From: Macrostomum lignano
Lineage: Eukaryota
Length of the DNA stretch: 64,000 nt
Direction: 5' to 3'
NCBI GenBank assembly: GCA_002269645.1
Contig: NIVC01000151.1
Location: 62,001 to 126,000, forward strand
In this document: one piece after another, positions 23,550 through 34,210 of the stretch
Layout of the letters: each line of letters opens with the position of its first letter
How positions within the stretch are numbered: the first letter of the stretch is position 1
Made by a program: the position numbers and the translations under genes
The notes under the pieces: model-generated
The model's input: the letters and a program-made list of their open reading frames with translations, nothing else
What the model was told of the DNA's origin: nothing
Databases searched by the model: none

Positions 23550-24289
23550 GCGGGTGGTCGAAGCGGCCAGAATTGCCCAGCTGCAGTGCATGGATGATGC
23601 GGAACACGGTTATTTATGCATATTTATTGAACTGTAAATTTATCAGCACCGACTGTACTCTGCACATGTGCCCTGCTTCTGCTGTCAGATAAATGTAGCT
23701 CTATGAATAAATTATATGCGTGCCTCCTTAGTTTGCGGCGTTCGAGTCCAGGACCTGATATAATTGCCCCCCCCAACTGTCGAACAATCATTTTTAGCAA
23801 AGCTTGTGATACTGTTTTTTATAGAGAGTTCATTTTATCCCCATGGGATGCGAACTAACTGCACTCTGCTATGACAAATTCAACTGTGTAGGCACTCTTA
23901 CCCACTATTTAATTGCAAGCGAAGGCGTTCGGGCCAGCCGCGCAGTGCCTTCGCTTTGTCTATGCAGCACCTGGCTATTAGTGTGTACATTGTGACGCTT
24001 TATTAATTAGTCAGTCATGACCTGTCATCTCCTACCTCAGCAGCTGTTTTATTCGCTTGTCTGTTTTATCGCGTCCTAGTCGCCCGCCTGTGACCCGGAT
24101 GTTTTTATGGCACTCATCTGTCTCCGCTCATCATCCACCACCCACTGAGATCAGATTTGATGAGATTTCTTTCAGGTTTTTAACCTAACACTTCTGTTCG
24201 CTTTTGGTCTCAGCTCGGCCCCAGTTTTGCAGCTTTTTATTATCTTTGAAGAGTCACTACTTTACCTGTGTTTTCCTGCAAATTTTACC

Positions 24290-24925
24290 CCTGTGTACAG
24301 TCCGAAGTGCAGCCTGTGTGTACAGACTGAAGTGCATGCAGCCTGTGTACAGTCTGAAGTGCAGCCTGTGTGTACAGACTGAAGTGCATGCAGCCTGTGT
24401 ACAGTCTGAAGTGCATGCAGCCTGTGTACAGTCTGAAGTGCAGCCTGTGTGTACAGACTGAAGTGCATGCAGCCTGTGTACAGACTGAAGTGCATGCAGC
24501 CTGTGTACAGACTGAAGTGCATGCAGCCTGTGTACAGACTGAAGTGCATGCAGCCTGTGTACAGTCTGAAGTGCATGCAGCTTGTGTGTACAGACTGAAG
24601 TGCATGCAGCCTGTGTACAGTCTGAAGTGCAGCCTGTGTGTACAGACTGAAGTGCATGCAGCCTGTGTACAGTCTGAAGTGCAGCCTGTGTGTACAGACT
24701 GAAGTGCATGCAGCCTGTGTACAGTCTGAAGTGCAGCCTGTGTGTACAGACTGAAGTGCATGCAGCCTGTGTACAGTCTGAAGTGCAGCCTGTGTGTACA
24801 GACTGAAGTGCATGCAGCCTGTGTACAGTCTGAAGTGCATGCAGCCTGTGTACAGTCTGAAGTGCAGCCTGTGTGTACAGACTGAAGTGCAGCCTGTGTG
24901 TACAGACTGAAGTGCAGCCTGTGTA
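24290..24925. repeat. Composite 25-29 bp minisatellite
   Basis: Alternating GCAGCCTGTGTGTACAGACTGAAGT and GCATGCAGCCTGTGTACAGTCTGAAGT units. Confidence 0.9.
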
Positions 24926-25724
24926 CAGATTACGAGTACAGCCTATGCACAGACTAATACAGACTGAGTCTACCAGTCTGTGTGCAAAGCTGCACCCTGC
25001 TGCGGTGCGGGTCAGTGCAAATATGTATGAATATCGCTACACAGGTAACACAGCAAATATACACGATGCTGTCCGCCTCATGCTGCCCTGCATCCCCCTT
25101 CGCTCCATCGCTGTTTTGAGTGATAAGCAAATGCCCGCCCGGCTTAACTCCTTTATAATTCTTGAAAAGCCGCGCTGACCTCATCAATCAGGCTATGCAA
25201 ATTTTGGTTTGATTTGTCATAAAACAGCCAAGTCCGAACCGAGTGCTCGGGCCGGTGCTGGCCGGAGGGCTCGGTTGAATTTCAAGCAGTAAACACGAGA
25301 GAGCAGCTGCTCACAGCAGTGTATTTGGAATCTGTTATCATCATCATGTGCATCAAATCAATGAGGCACTTGGAGCAGTGACTATTATTATTATATTATA
25401 TGGAAAATGCAGCGAATAACAGCCAGATGAATAAAGCAAATCAGGAGCACGCGGCATTGCATTCACAGCTGTGAATCTGGCAAGCGTAATTTAGATTTGG
25501 ATTGACTATTAAGTCTGGTTATAGTGATATTACATAAAAATTCTGCTCATTAAGGACTTGAACAATAAATTGCGATCACAGTGATACTTATACAATATAC
25601 ATGCATATTCGGATCAATATAGGAATATTATAATCCAATCTGGGCATACTCGAATAAGGGCATTATTGCCAGCGTGCTTTATAATTTTTTCTGGTCATAG
25701 CGGCCGTATTAGGAATTCTAGTCA

Positions 25725-25850
25725 AAGCGGTCATATCATGATATCAGGAATTCTGGTCATAGCGGTCATATCAGGAATTCCGGTCATAGCGGTCATATCA
25801 GGAATTCCGGTCATAGCGGTCATATCAGGAATTCCGGTCATAGCGGAACT
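25725..25850. repeat. 27-bp minisatellite
   Basis: (ATCAGGAATTCCGGTCATAGCGGTCAT)n. Confidence 0.85.
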
Positions 25851-25975
25851 AAATCACAAATTCTGGTCATAATGGGAGTGAATCACAAACTCCGGTTACA
25901 TTAAGATGAACTGATGAATTCTGGTCATAATGAGCTCTGATAGCAGCAGGTGAGACAGCAACGCTCGCCGGGCCG

Positions 25976-27292
25976 TCAGCCGGACGCGGGCAGCTCGACC
26001 TGGAAGGCGGCCAGCAGGAAGCGGTAGCGCGGCAGCCGCAGCCTCTCCGGCGCCATCGCCACCCGCAGCAGGCAGCCGCGCTCCGGCTGCAGGCCCGACA
26101 GCCGGTGGACGCTGCCGGCCCGGCCGCCGCCCGGCCACTTCGGCATCGGCGTCAGCGCGTCGACGCCGCTGCTGTTGAGCTCGGCGAAGGCGACGCAGGG
26201 CCACAGGCGGATCAGCGGTGCGGGGTAGCCAGTGTAACCCACCAGGCAAGTCGCCAGCACCAGCAGCTGCTGGGAGCCGCCCGGAGCCCCGTCTGCGGCC
26301 GGAACGGCATCCAGGCAGAGGTCCACTGCGACGCGGTCGGGCTCCACTAGCACGGGACCGCGCGGGTGCTGGCCGGACAGCAGGTAGCGGAGGACGCGCA
26401 GACGGGGAATTGCGCGCCTGAGCTCGGCGACGCAGGCGGCCAGGTGCTGCGCTGACCAGTCCAGTAGCGCCTGCGGCTGCGGCCAGGTAGGGCAGCTCAG
26501 GCCGAAGCTGGGCGACTGGAAATTCGAAATTGGGCGGCAGGGATTGTCACTCCGCCAATCAGACTGTCACTCGGGCAACCAGACTGTCACTCGGCAAATA
26601 TCAGACTGTCACTCCGCCAATCAGACTGTCACTCGGGCAACCAGACTGTCACTGCAGTTACGAGCTCAATGGAAGGCCATTTCCAACGCAACCCACTCGC
26701 AGCCTTTCAGAATCCTCACCAGTCCAGATGCGCTGAAAGGCGCCCCTGCGCGCAGCAGCAGCAGGACGGTTGCTTGGCAACCGGACGCCAGCGCCAGACG
26801 CAGCGCAGGCTGACGCGGACGAACGCCGTGGCCCAGCAAGACGGCGCAGCTCACGACGGCGCCGGCCTCCGCAGCCGCCATCAGCGCAGCTTCGCGCCCC
26901 TCCTCGGTGGGCGGCGGCGTCAGCGACAGCAGCAGCTGGTGGCAGACTCCGGCCAGGCCGCGGCCGGCCGCCTCAGCCAGCAGGGCGTCCGCCTCCTTCG
27001 AGTCGGCTGCGACCGCGCCTTCCAGCAGAAGGCGGCTGAGTAGCGCCGCATCATCGGCGGCAACGGCCTCCGACAGCGACTTGATCGACTGCGACGTCGT
27101 TGGCGGCAGCGGCGGTGGTGGCAGTTGGCGGCAGGCACCCGGCCAGGTGCGGCAGTGCAGGTCGGCCACCGCCCACTCGCAGAGGCCCTCGACGGAGACC
27201 GCCATTGGCGACGTCCCGGCGCGCCGCAGAACGTCGGCGCAGCAGCAGGCCCGGCTGGCGTCATCGACAGACTCGTCGGCGGGTGACTGGGA
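25976..27292 (-). CDS. Ankyrin-repeat-like hypothetical protein: exons 27292-26720 and 26515-25976
   Basis: Two GC-rich open exons joined in phase 0 (CTG|GTGAGG ... TTTCCAG|TCG). Ankyrin-like helices include ALLAEAAGRGLAGVCHQLL, ALMAAAEAGAVVSCAVLLGHG and ALRLALASGCQATVLLLLRAGA. First in-frame ATG is at 27205. Confidence 0.6.
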
Positions 27293-27314
27293 CTGCGGAG
27301 AGAGCGGCGGAGTC

Positions 27315-27690
27315 TTTGTTCTGGTGAATATGTGACTGGTGCACTGCGGTCTTTGTTCTGGTGTGAGCCTGGGCACTGGTGAATATGTGACTGGTGCACT
27401 GCGGTCTTTGTTCTGGTGTGAGCCTGGGCACAGTTGAATATGTGACTGGTGCACTGTGGTCTTTGTTCTGGTGTAATCTTGGGCACTGGTGAATATGTGA
27501 CTGGTGCACTGCGGTCTTTGTTCTGGTGTGAGCCTGGGCACTGGTGAATATGTGACTGGTGCACTGCGGTCTTTGTTCTGGTGTGAGCCTGGGCACTGGT
27601 GAATAAGTGACTGGTGCACTGCGGTCTTTGTTCTGGTGTGAGCCTGGGCACTGGTGAATAAGTGACTGGTGCACTGCGGTCTTTGTTCTG
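27315..27690. repeat. 55-bp minisatellite
   Basis: TGTGACTGGTGCACTGCGGTCTTTGTTCTGG... recurs every 55 bp. Confidence 0.95.
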
Positions 27691-28059
27691 GAGGACTTAC
27701 TGAATAAGCGACTGATTAGAATTGGATTGAAAAACTAAATTGAACAAGTTGGTCTAAGTTGATGGTATATTTTTTTCTACTAAAATTAAGGTGAAAATGA
27801 AAAATTGAAGGTGAACCGCATTTATAAAAATTGGAAATCAGCTCCGGTCTTATCGATATCAAACAGTCCAGAAAACTCAACTCACAAAGAAGCCATGTAG
27901 GAGACAGGACTCAAATTTAATATCAAATCTCCGAGTGAATTTAAGCAGTGCGCATTGGGCCAATCATTCTAAAGCATTTCTCAGAACACAATTTTGAAGA
28001 AAACGTCAAAAACTTAAACGGATTCATCCTGACGATATAGAAACTCCAAACTGCCAGAT

Positions 28060-28225
28060 CTCACCCCAATCAGATGGGAACTTCAAAATCTCACCCAATC
28101 AGATGGGAACTTCAAAATCTCACCCCAATTACATAGGAACTTCAAAATCTCACCCCAATCACATAGGAACTTCAAAATCTCACCCCAATCAGATGGGAAC
28201 TTCAAAATCTCACCCCAATCAGATG
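28060..28225. repeat. 30-bp minisatellite
   Basis: (CACCCCAATCAGATGGGAACTTCAAAATCT)n. Confidence 0.85.
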
Positions 28226-28384
28226 GGAACTTCAAAATCTCACCCTTTTAAGAGAGTTGACTTAAAGATCTCATCAAAATCTCGACCCCCAGATAAATCA
28301 AGCATCAAAATCAAAGCCCGATCAGGATAAGAATCGTTTAAATCTACGCGGACACAGAAGTCTTGTCAGTGGAAGGTCAGCAGC

Positions 28385-29810
28385 CTAGAACAGGCGCGGC
28401 ACCAGCAGGGGAGTCCGGCTCTCGTACTCCTGGTAGGCGGGGTCGGAGCCCCAACGCTTCCTGGCCGCGGCCTCCAGCAGCGGCAGGCCGGACACGAACA
28501 GCACCAGGCAGGAGTTCAGCACCGGCCCGGCCAGGCTCGCCCAGTGCAGCGGCCGGCTGAAGCTTGCGGAGGCGGAGGCGGCGAGGCCCGCCCACAGGCA
28601 CAGCTCGCCAAAGTAGTTCGGGTGCCGGCTGCGAGCCCACAGCCCGCTGGAGATGAAGCGCCTGGCGTTGTCCGGGTCGGACCTGAAGGCCAGCTTCTGC
28701 CAGTCGGCCACGGCCTCGATGGTCAGGCCGAAGCAGAACAGCGCCCAGCCCAGCTGCTCGCGCAGGCACACCGGACGGCGGGCCGCTGCGGCACCGGCGG
28801 CCGACATGCAGGCCAGAGCGGTGAGGGTTGGCGCCAGGTTGCCCAGCGCCCACGCGCCCTGCATGGTCCAGGCGGCTAGGAAGGCGCCCGGCTGAGTCTG
28901 GCGATGGGGAGATGCCGGTTGGGGATAATTAGAGTTGGGGATAATTAAGGATGGGATTAGGGTTCGGGGTGATTAGATTTGGGGATAATTAAGTGTAGGA
29001 TTAGGGTTCGAGATGATTAGAGTTGAGGATAATTAAGGATGGGATTAGGGTTCGGGATCATTAGATTTGGGGATAATTAAGGGTAGGATTAGGGTTCGAG
29101 ATGATTAGAATTGAGGATAATTAAGGATGGGAATAGAGTTCGAGATGATTAGAGTTGGGGATAATTAAGGATAGGATTAGGGTTCGGGATGATTAGAGTT
29201 GGGGATAATTAAGGATAGGATTAGGGTTCGGGATGATTAGAGTTGGGGATAATTAAGGATGGGATTAGGGTTTGGGATGATAAGGGTTGGGGATAATTAA
29301 GGAAGGGATTAGGGCTGGGGATGATTAGGGTTCGGGAGATTAGGGTTAGGGATATTAGGGTTGGGGAGATTAGGGTTAGGGATAATTAGAGTTGGGGATG
29401 ATTAGGACCCCAATTAAGCTGGGGCTTGATTTGATTAGTTTGATATCATTGGAATTCAGGTAGATAATAAGACGTTTAAGCGAAATTAGGAAACAGGTAG
29501 TTAATATACACCACCTGAACTATGCCCTCACCTTGATCCGGTTGAATCGGCGGTCACCGGAGCGCAGGCCGCGGTAGCCCAGGAAGCATCCCAGCCGAAG
29601 GGTCCACAGGCCGGCCATGCAGACGGGCGCCCAGCCGCGCAGCCCAACTGGAGGGAACAGCCGCTTGGTGGCGAATCCCAGCAGGGCGAGGTGGGTGACA
29701 GCTCCGGCGATGTCGTAGAATTTCTCGGTGCCCAGGTAGTAGGCCACGGGAAAGCAGGCCCACTGGATCCCCATGCTGAGGCCTGTCAGCTTGATAACTG
29801 CGTTACCCAT
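28385..29810 (-). CDS. DUF1295 / steroid 5-alpha-reductase-like membrane protein: exons 29810-29532 and 28897-28385
   Basis: MGNAVIK..YYLGTEKFYDIAG..LWTLRLGCFL..GDRRFNRIK|TQPGAF..WTMQ..EAVADWQKLAFR..FISSGLWARSRHPNYFGELCLW..SGLPLLE..KRWGSDPAYQEY are DUF1295 hallmarks. Phase-0 GT-AG intron. Confidence 0.88.
28920..29410. repeat. Degenerate telomere-like (TTAGGG-containing) intronic minisatellite
   Basis: Repeats of GGATTAGGGTTCGGGATGATTAGAGTTGGGGATAATTAA. Confidence 0.85.
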
Positions 29811-29854
29811 TGCGGAGCTCAGGTGGGACAGCAGGAGGTGGGAAGGGAAAGTTT

Positions 29855-30200
29855 TATGGCTGATAGTGGCGAGTGTACATTGGGGGAGGGGCTGAGTGGC
29901 TGATAGTGGCGAGTGTACATTGGGGGAGGGGCTGAGTGGCTGATAGTGGCGAGTGTACATTGGGGGAGGGGCTGAGTGGCTGATAGTGGCGAGTGTACAT
30001 TGGGTGAGGGGCTGAGTGGCTGATAGTGGCGAGTGTACATTGGGGGAGGGGCTGAGTGGCTGATAGTGGCGAGTGTACATTGGGTGAGGGGCTGAGTGGC
30101 TGATAGTGGCGAGTGTACATTGGGGGAGGGGCTGAGTGGCTGATAGTGGCGAGTGTACATTGGGGGAGGGCTGGGTGGCTGATAGTGGCGGGTGTACATG
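29855..30200. repeat. 40-bp minisatellite upstream of the DUF1295 gene
   Basis: (GGCTGATAGTGGCGAGTGTACATTGGGGGAGGGGCTGAGT)n. Confidence 0.95.
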
Positions 30201-30719
30201 GGGGGATGGTCCGAGTGGATCGGACTGGCAGAATAAAAGCAACACAGATAAGGTGGCGAAATCCGATAAGGAAGCGATGCTGGAGTCGGCGCGAGACGCC
30301 ACATCGTGGATCCGTTTATTTGAGATTCTTGCCGACCTGTGTATACGAGTAAAAGGCAAAAATAAAAATACACTGTAGGCTGGGAATCACACAGTGCCTT
30401 AAATCTGTCTGGCTGCTAATGTCTGATAGTGCAAAGTACATTATGAATGAGATAAGTATATTGTATAAGTACAAAGACTCACGCACAGTCAGTCTTGTTC
30501 ACAGGTAGTTTAATCGAATTTATACTATTGTCAGTATTGAATGCCGCAAGAATGCAAAACTACTGACGCAACAGCTGCTAATGACACCATAGTTAAAAAT
30601 TGGTAAACTACTGACAGTAGACGCGTCGAATTTTAACAATAATATACGACAAAAACAACTATAAATTTTTAAAAAAAAATTTAGATCTGAGCGATTCGCG
30701 TCGCTTCAACTTGACTTCA

Positions 30720-30850
30720 TGGTCCTTCACTCCCTCAGCCACACCCTCACCACCAACCCCATGATCCTTCACTCCCTGAGCCGCACCCTCACCACCAACC
30801 CCATGATCCTTCACTCCCTGAGCCGCACCCTCACCACCAACCCCATGATC
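30720..30850. repeat. 42-bp repeat, about 3 copies, just 3' of PPM1K
   Basis: ATGATCCTTCACTCCCTGAGCCGCACCCTCACCACCAACCCC. Confidence 0.85.
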
Positions 30851-30934
30851 CCTCTCAGGGCAACGGACCAGCCCCTAGAAGTAAGCAATTGTTCAGAGCA
30901 GCAGAAGCAAGCAGAGCCGGCAAGCAGGGGCAGT

Positions 30935-33508
30935 TCAGCTGGAAGTGAAGCGGTTAGCCAGGAAGTTGCGGCCCATGGAGTAGGGCATGCAGCTCATCTG
31001 CTTGGCGTACTTGCCCCAGGAGCCGAACGGTAGGATCACCGCCGTGGTGTTGTCCTCGCTGCCGAACTGCATCGCCTGGTCAACGATGATCTCGGCGGCC
31101 TCCTGCGGCGTGGCGCAGGTCGACGCGATGTCCACCATCTCCTTGACGCTCATCACGAAGGCCACTCCGTCTGTCACCAGCAGCAGGAAGGCGTCGCGGC
31201 CGTGCCGAACCTCCAGACAGCGCAGGTGGGGCTGCGCCGTCACGCCGAAGGGCTTCATCTCGCAGTCTCCGATGGACCTGCGGATGGGGCAAAGTCGGAG
31301 GGGCGGATCAGATCTACATGTAAAAAGGGGGGCGGATCAGATCTACATGTAAAAAGGGGGGCGGATCAGATCTACATGTAAAAAGCAGTGGCGTAGGGAG
31401 GGGGGGGATCAGGGGGGATGTATCCCCCCCCGAAGAGCCTGACCAAAACTTTTTTGTTGCACTTTTTCGCTATACATGCTACCATGTGAGCACTTTTACC
31501 TTGGTGTATCCCCCCCCGTAGGAAATTCACCTTGGTGTATCCCCCCCCGTAGGAAATTCCTGGCTACGCCCCTGGTAAAAAGGGGGGCGGATCAGATCTA
31601 CATGTAAAAAGGGGGGCGGATCAGATCTACATGTAAAAAGGGGGGCGGATCAGATCTACATGTAAAAAGGGGGGCGGATCAGATCTACATGTAAAAAGGG
31701 GGGCGGATCAGATCTACATGTAAAAAGGGGGCGGATCAGATCTACATGTAAATGGGGGCGGATCAGATCTACATGTAAAAAGGGGGGCGGATCAGATCTA
31801 CATGTAAATGGGGACGGATCAGATCTAGATAGGGGCGGATCAGACACAGGTAGAGGCGGATCAGACACAGGGAGAGGCGGATCAGACACAGGTAGAGGCA
31901 GATCAGACACAGGTAGAGGCGGATCAGACACAGGTAGAGGCAGATCAGACACAGGGAGAGGCGGATCAGACACAGGATCAGACACAGGAGATCAGACATG
32001 GTCAAAGGCGAATCAGAATGCCCCAACCTCACCTGGTCATGCTGAGGCGGCCGTTGACCACGGGGTTGCCTAGACTGTTGGAGGTGACGACCCCGCCGCG
32101 GGCGTGAATGCGGGCCTGCTCCTCCTCCAGGGCGGGGTCGTGGTCCACCGACAGCAGCTCAGGCCGGCCGGAGCGGCACAGCACCGCTTTGGAGTCGCCG
32201 ACGTTGGCCACAGCCAGTTCGGTGGAGTTGCGCAGCAGGCAGACGGTGGCGGTGGAGCCGCTGGCGAAACGACCGGCCTGGCCGCTGCTGAGCCGCTGCA
32301 GGTGACGCTGGAACAGGTTGTTAGCCTCCACGAAGGAGCGGCGGAGCGCCACGTCCAAGCGCGGCTGCTGGCGGCACCAGAAGTGCGCGAGGTCCGGCAG
32401 GCGCTCCACCAGGAAGTCGGCGGCCGCAGCGTCGCCGTGACCGTCGAATATCCCGATGAACAGCAGGTTCTCCTGGGTGCGGCAGGGAGATTATCTGTAG
32501 CGATCTCCCACATTGCAAGCTGAAGTATCCGAACACTTCAATACGGGTTGGGGGAACCTGAAGACAGGGAGGTTACGGGCTGGGGGGACCTGAAGACGGA
32601 GGTTACGGGCTGGGGGGACCTGAAGACGGAGGTTACGGGCTGGGAGGACCTGAAGACAGGGTGGTTACGGGCTGGGGGGACCTGAAGACGGAGGTTACGG
32701 GCTGGGAGGACCTGAAGACAGGGTGGTTACGGGCTGGGGGACCTGAAGACAGGGAGGTAACGGGTTGGGGGAACCTGAAGACGGAGGTTACGGGTTGGGG
32801 AAACCTGAAGACAGGGAGGTTACGGGCTGGGGGGACCTGAAGACGGAGGTTACGGGCTGGGGGGACCTGAAGACAGGGAGGTAACGGGTTGGGGGAACCT
32901 GAAGACAGGGAGGTTACGGGCTGGGGGGACCTGAAGACAGGGAGGTTACGGGCTGGGGGAACCTGAAGACAGGGAGGTTACGGGCTGGGGGGACCTGAAG
33001 ACAGGGAGGTTACGGGCTGGGGGAACCTGAAGACGGAGGTTACGGGAAGCTGAAAGACCCGAATAGAACAGCGCACCTGCAGGTCTTTGTACACCAGCCG
33101 GTCCTCCTGGTACTGGCGCCGGCCCTGGGAGGTGCAGCTGCCGACATACTGGCAGGTGATGCGCGGCACCAACTTGCCCTGCCGCATGCTCTGCTGCTCC
33201 AGGATGGGATAGTTGATCCGCGTCTTCCAGCTGCCCAGCCCCATCAGCGAGTTGGTGAGCAGCCGAGTCGACCGGACGCCATCAGGCGAGGGGGCAGCGC
33301 CGACCGCAGCGGCTGCTGCGTCCGAGGCGGCGGCTGCGGCGGCCGCCGGCGACTGTCGGCGGGGGCGGCGCTGAGGCTCGGCCGGGGCGGGAGTGGCAGC
33401 GGGCGCGGATGAGGATGACGAAGAGCTGCCAGCAAGTCGGCGCCGTGGAAGAAGCAAAGCCAGCTGGCGGAGGGCAGCGGCCAGCTGCTGCTGTTGAAGG
33501 GATTGCCG
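30935..33508 (-). CDS. PPM1K: Mitochondrial PP2C-family phosphatase (BCKDH phosphatase-like): exons 33508-33077, 32472-32033, 31277-30935
   Basis: LGSWKTRINYPIL..GKLVPRI..GRRQYQEDR, IFDGHG, SGSTATV, ANVGDSKAVLCR, NSLGNPVVNGRLSMTRSIGD, LVTDG and QFGSEDNTTAVILPFGSWGKY match PPM1K as recalled. Introns are in phase 0 and 2. No in-frame ATG for the first 88 codons. Confidence 0.92.
31300..31990. repeat. 30-bp then 21-bp minisatellites in PPM1K intron 2
   Basis: (AAAAAGGGGGGCGGATCAGATCTACATGTA)n followed by (ATCAGACACAGGTAGAGGCGG)n. Confidence 0.9.
31386..31574. mobile_element. hAT-family MITE with perfect 8-bp TSD
   Basis: GTAAAAAG|CAGTGGCGTAG...CTACGCCCCTG|GTAAAAAG, inserted inside the 30-bp array. 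Confidence 0.9.
32545..33045. repeat. About 31-bp minisatellite in PPM1K intron 1
   Basis: (GGGGACCTGAAGACAGGGAGGTTACGGGCTGG)n with variants. Confidence 0.9.
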
Positions 33509-33549
33509 CTGCAAGAGTGAGGGGTGAGCTTCAGGTTGACGGCTTTTGA

Positions 33550-34015
33550 GGCAGACTCAGGGACTGATCAGGGATTGAGTGGACAGGTAGACTCAGGGAC
33601 TGATCAGGGATTGAGTGGACAGGCAGACTCAAAGACTGATCAGGGATTGAGTGGACAGGCAGACTCAGGGACTGATCAGGGATTGAGTGGACAGGTAGAC
33701 TCAGGGACTGATCAGGGATTGAGTGGACAGGCAGACTCTGGGACTGATCAGGGATTGAGTGGACAGGCAGACTCTGGGACTGATCAGGGATTGAGTGGAC
33801 AGGCAGACTCAGGGACTGATCAGGGATTGAGTGGACAGGCAGACTCAGGGACTGATCAGGGATTGAGTGGACAGGCAGACTCAGGGACTGATCAGGGATT
33901 GAGTGGACAGGCAGACTCAGGGACTGATCAGGGATTGAGTGGACAGGCAGACTCAAGGACTGATCAGGGATTGAGTGGACAGGCAGACTCAGGGACTGAT
34001 CAGGGATTGAGTGGC
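33550..34015. repeat. 33-bp minisatellite between TRMT12 and PPM1K
   Basis: (GACTCAGGGACTGATCAGGGATTGAGTGGACAG..)n. Confidence 0.95.
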
Positions 34016-34210
34016 AGTTTTAAATAAAAAACAAATGAAAGCATTATTTCATAGTGTAAAATATTTAAGGATGCATGAAGCATATATTTCAATTAAAATG
34101 CAAACAATTGCAAAAATTCGAGCATAATTAGAAAACCCACGCACTAATCAATCTACTATTAAAACTCAAAACGCCTGCTACGCTACTGACAGTAGGCAAA
34201 GCCGGTCGGG

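Noticed and set aside
23730-23760. GTTCGAGTCC T-loop-like motif
   Set aside because: No A-box or cloverleaf context.
28029-28046. CTGACGA-TATA-GAAAC hammerhead-like core
   Set aside because: No viable stem II, stem I or stem III, and no GUH cleavage site in register.
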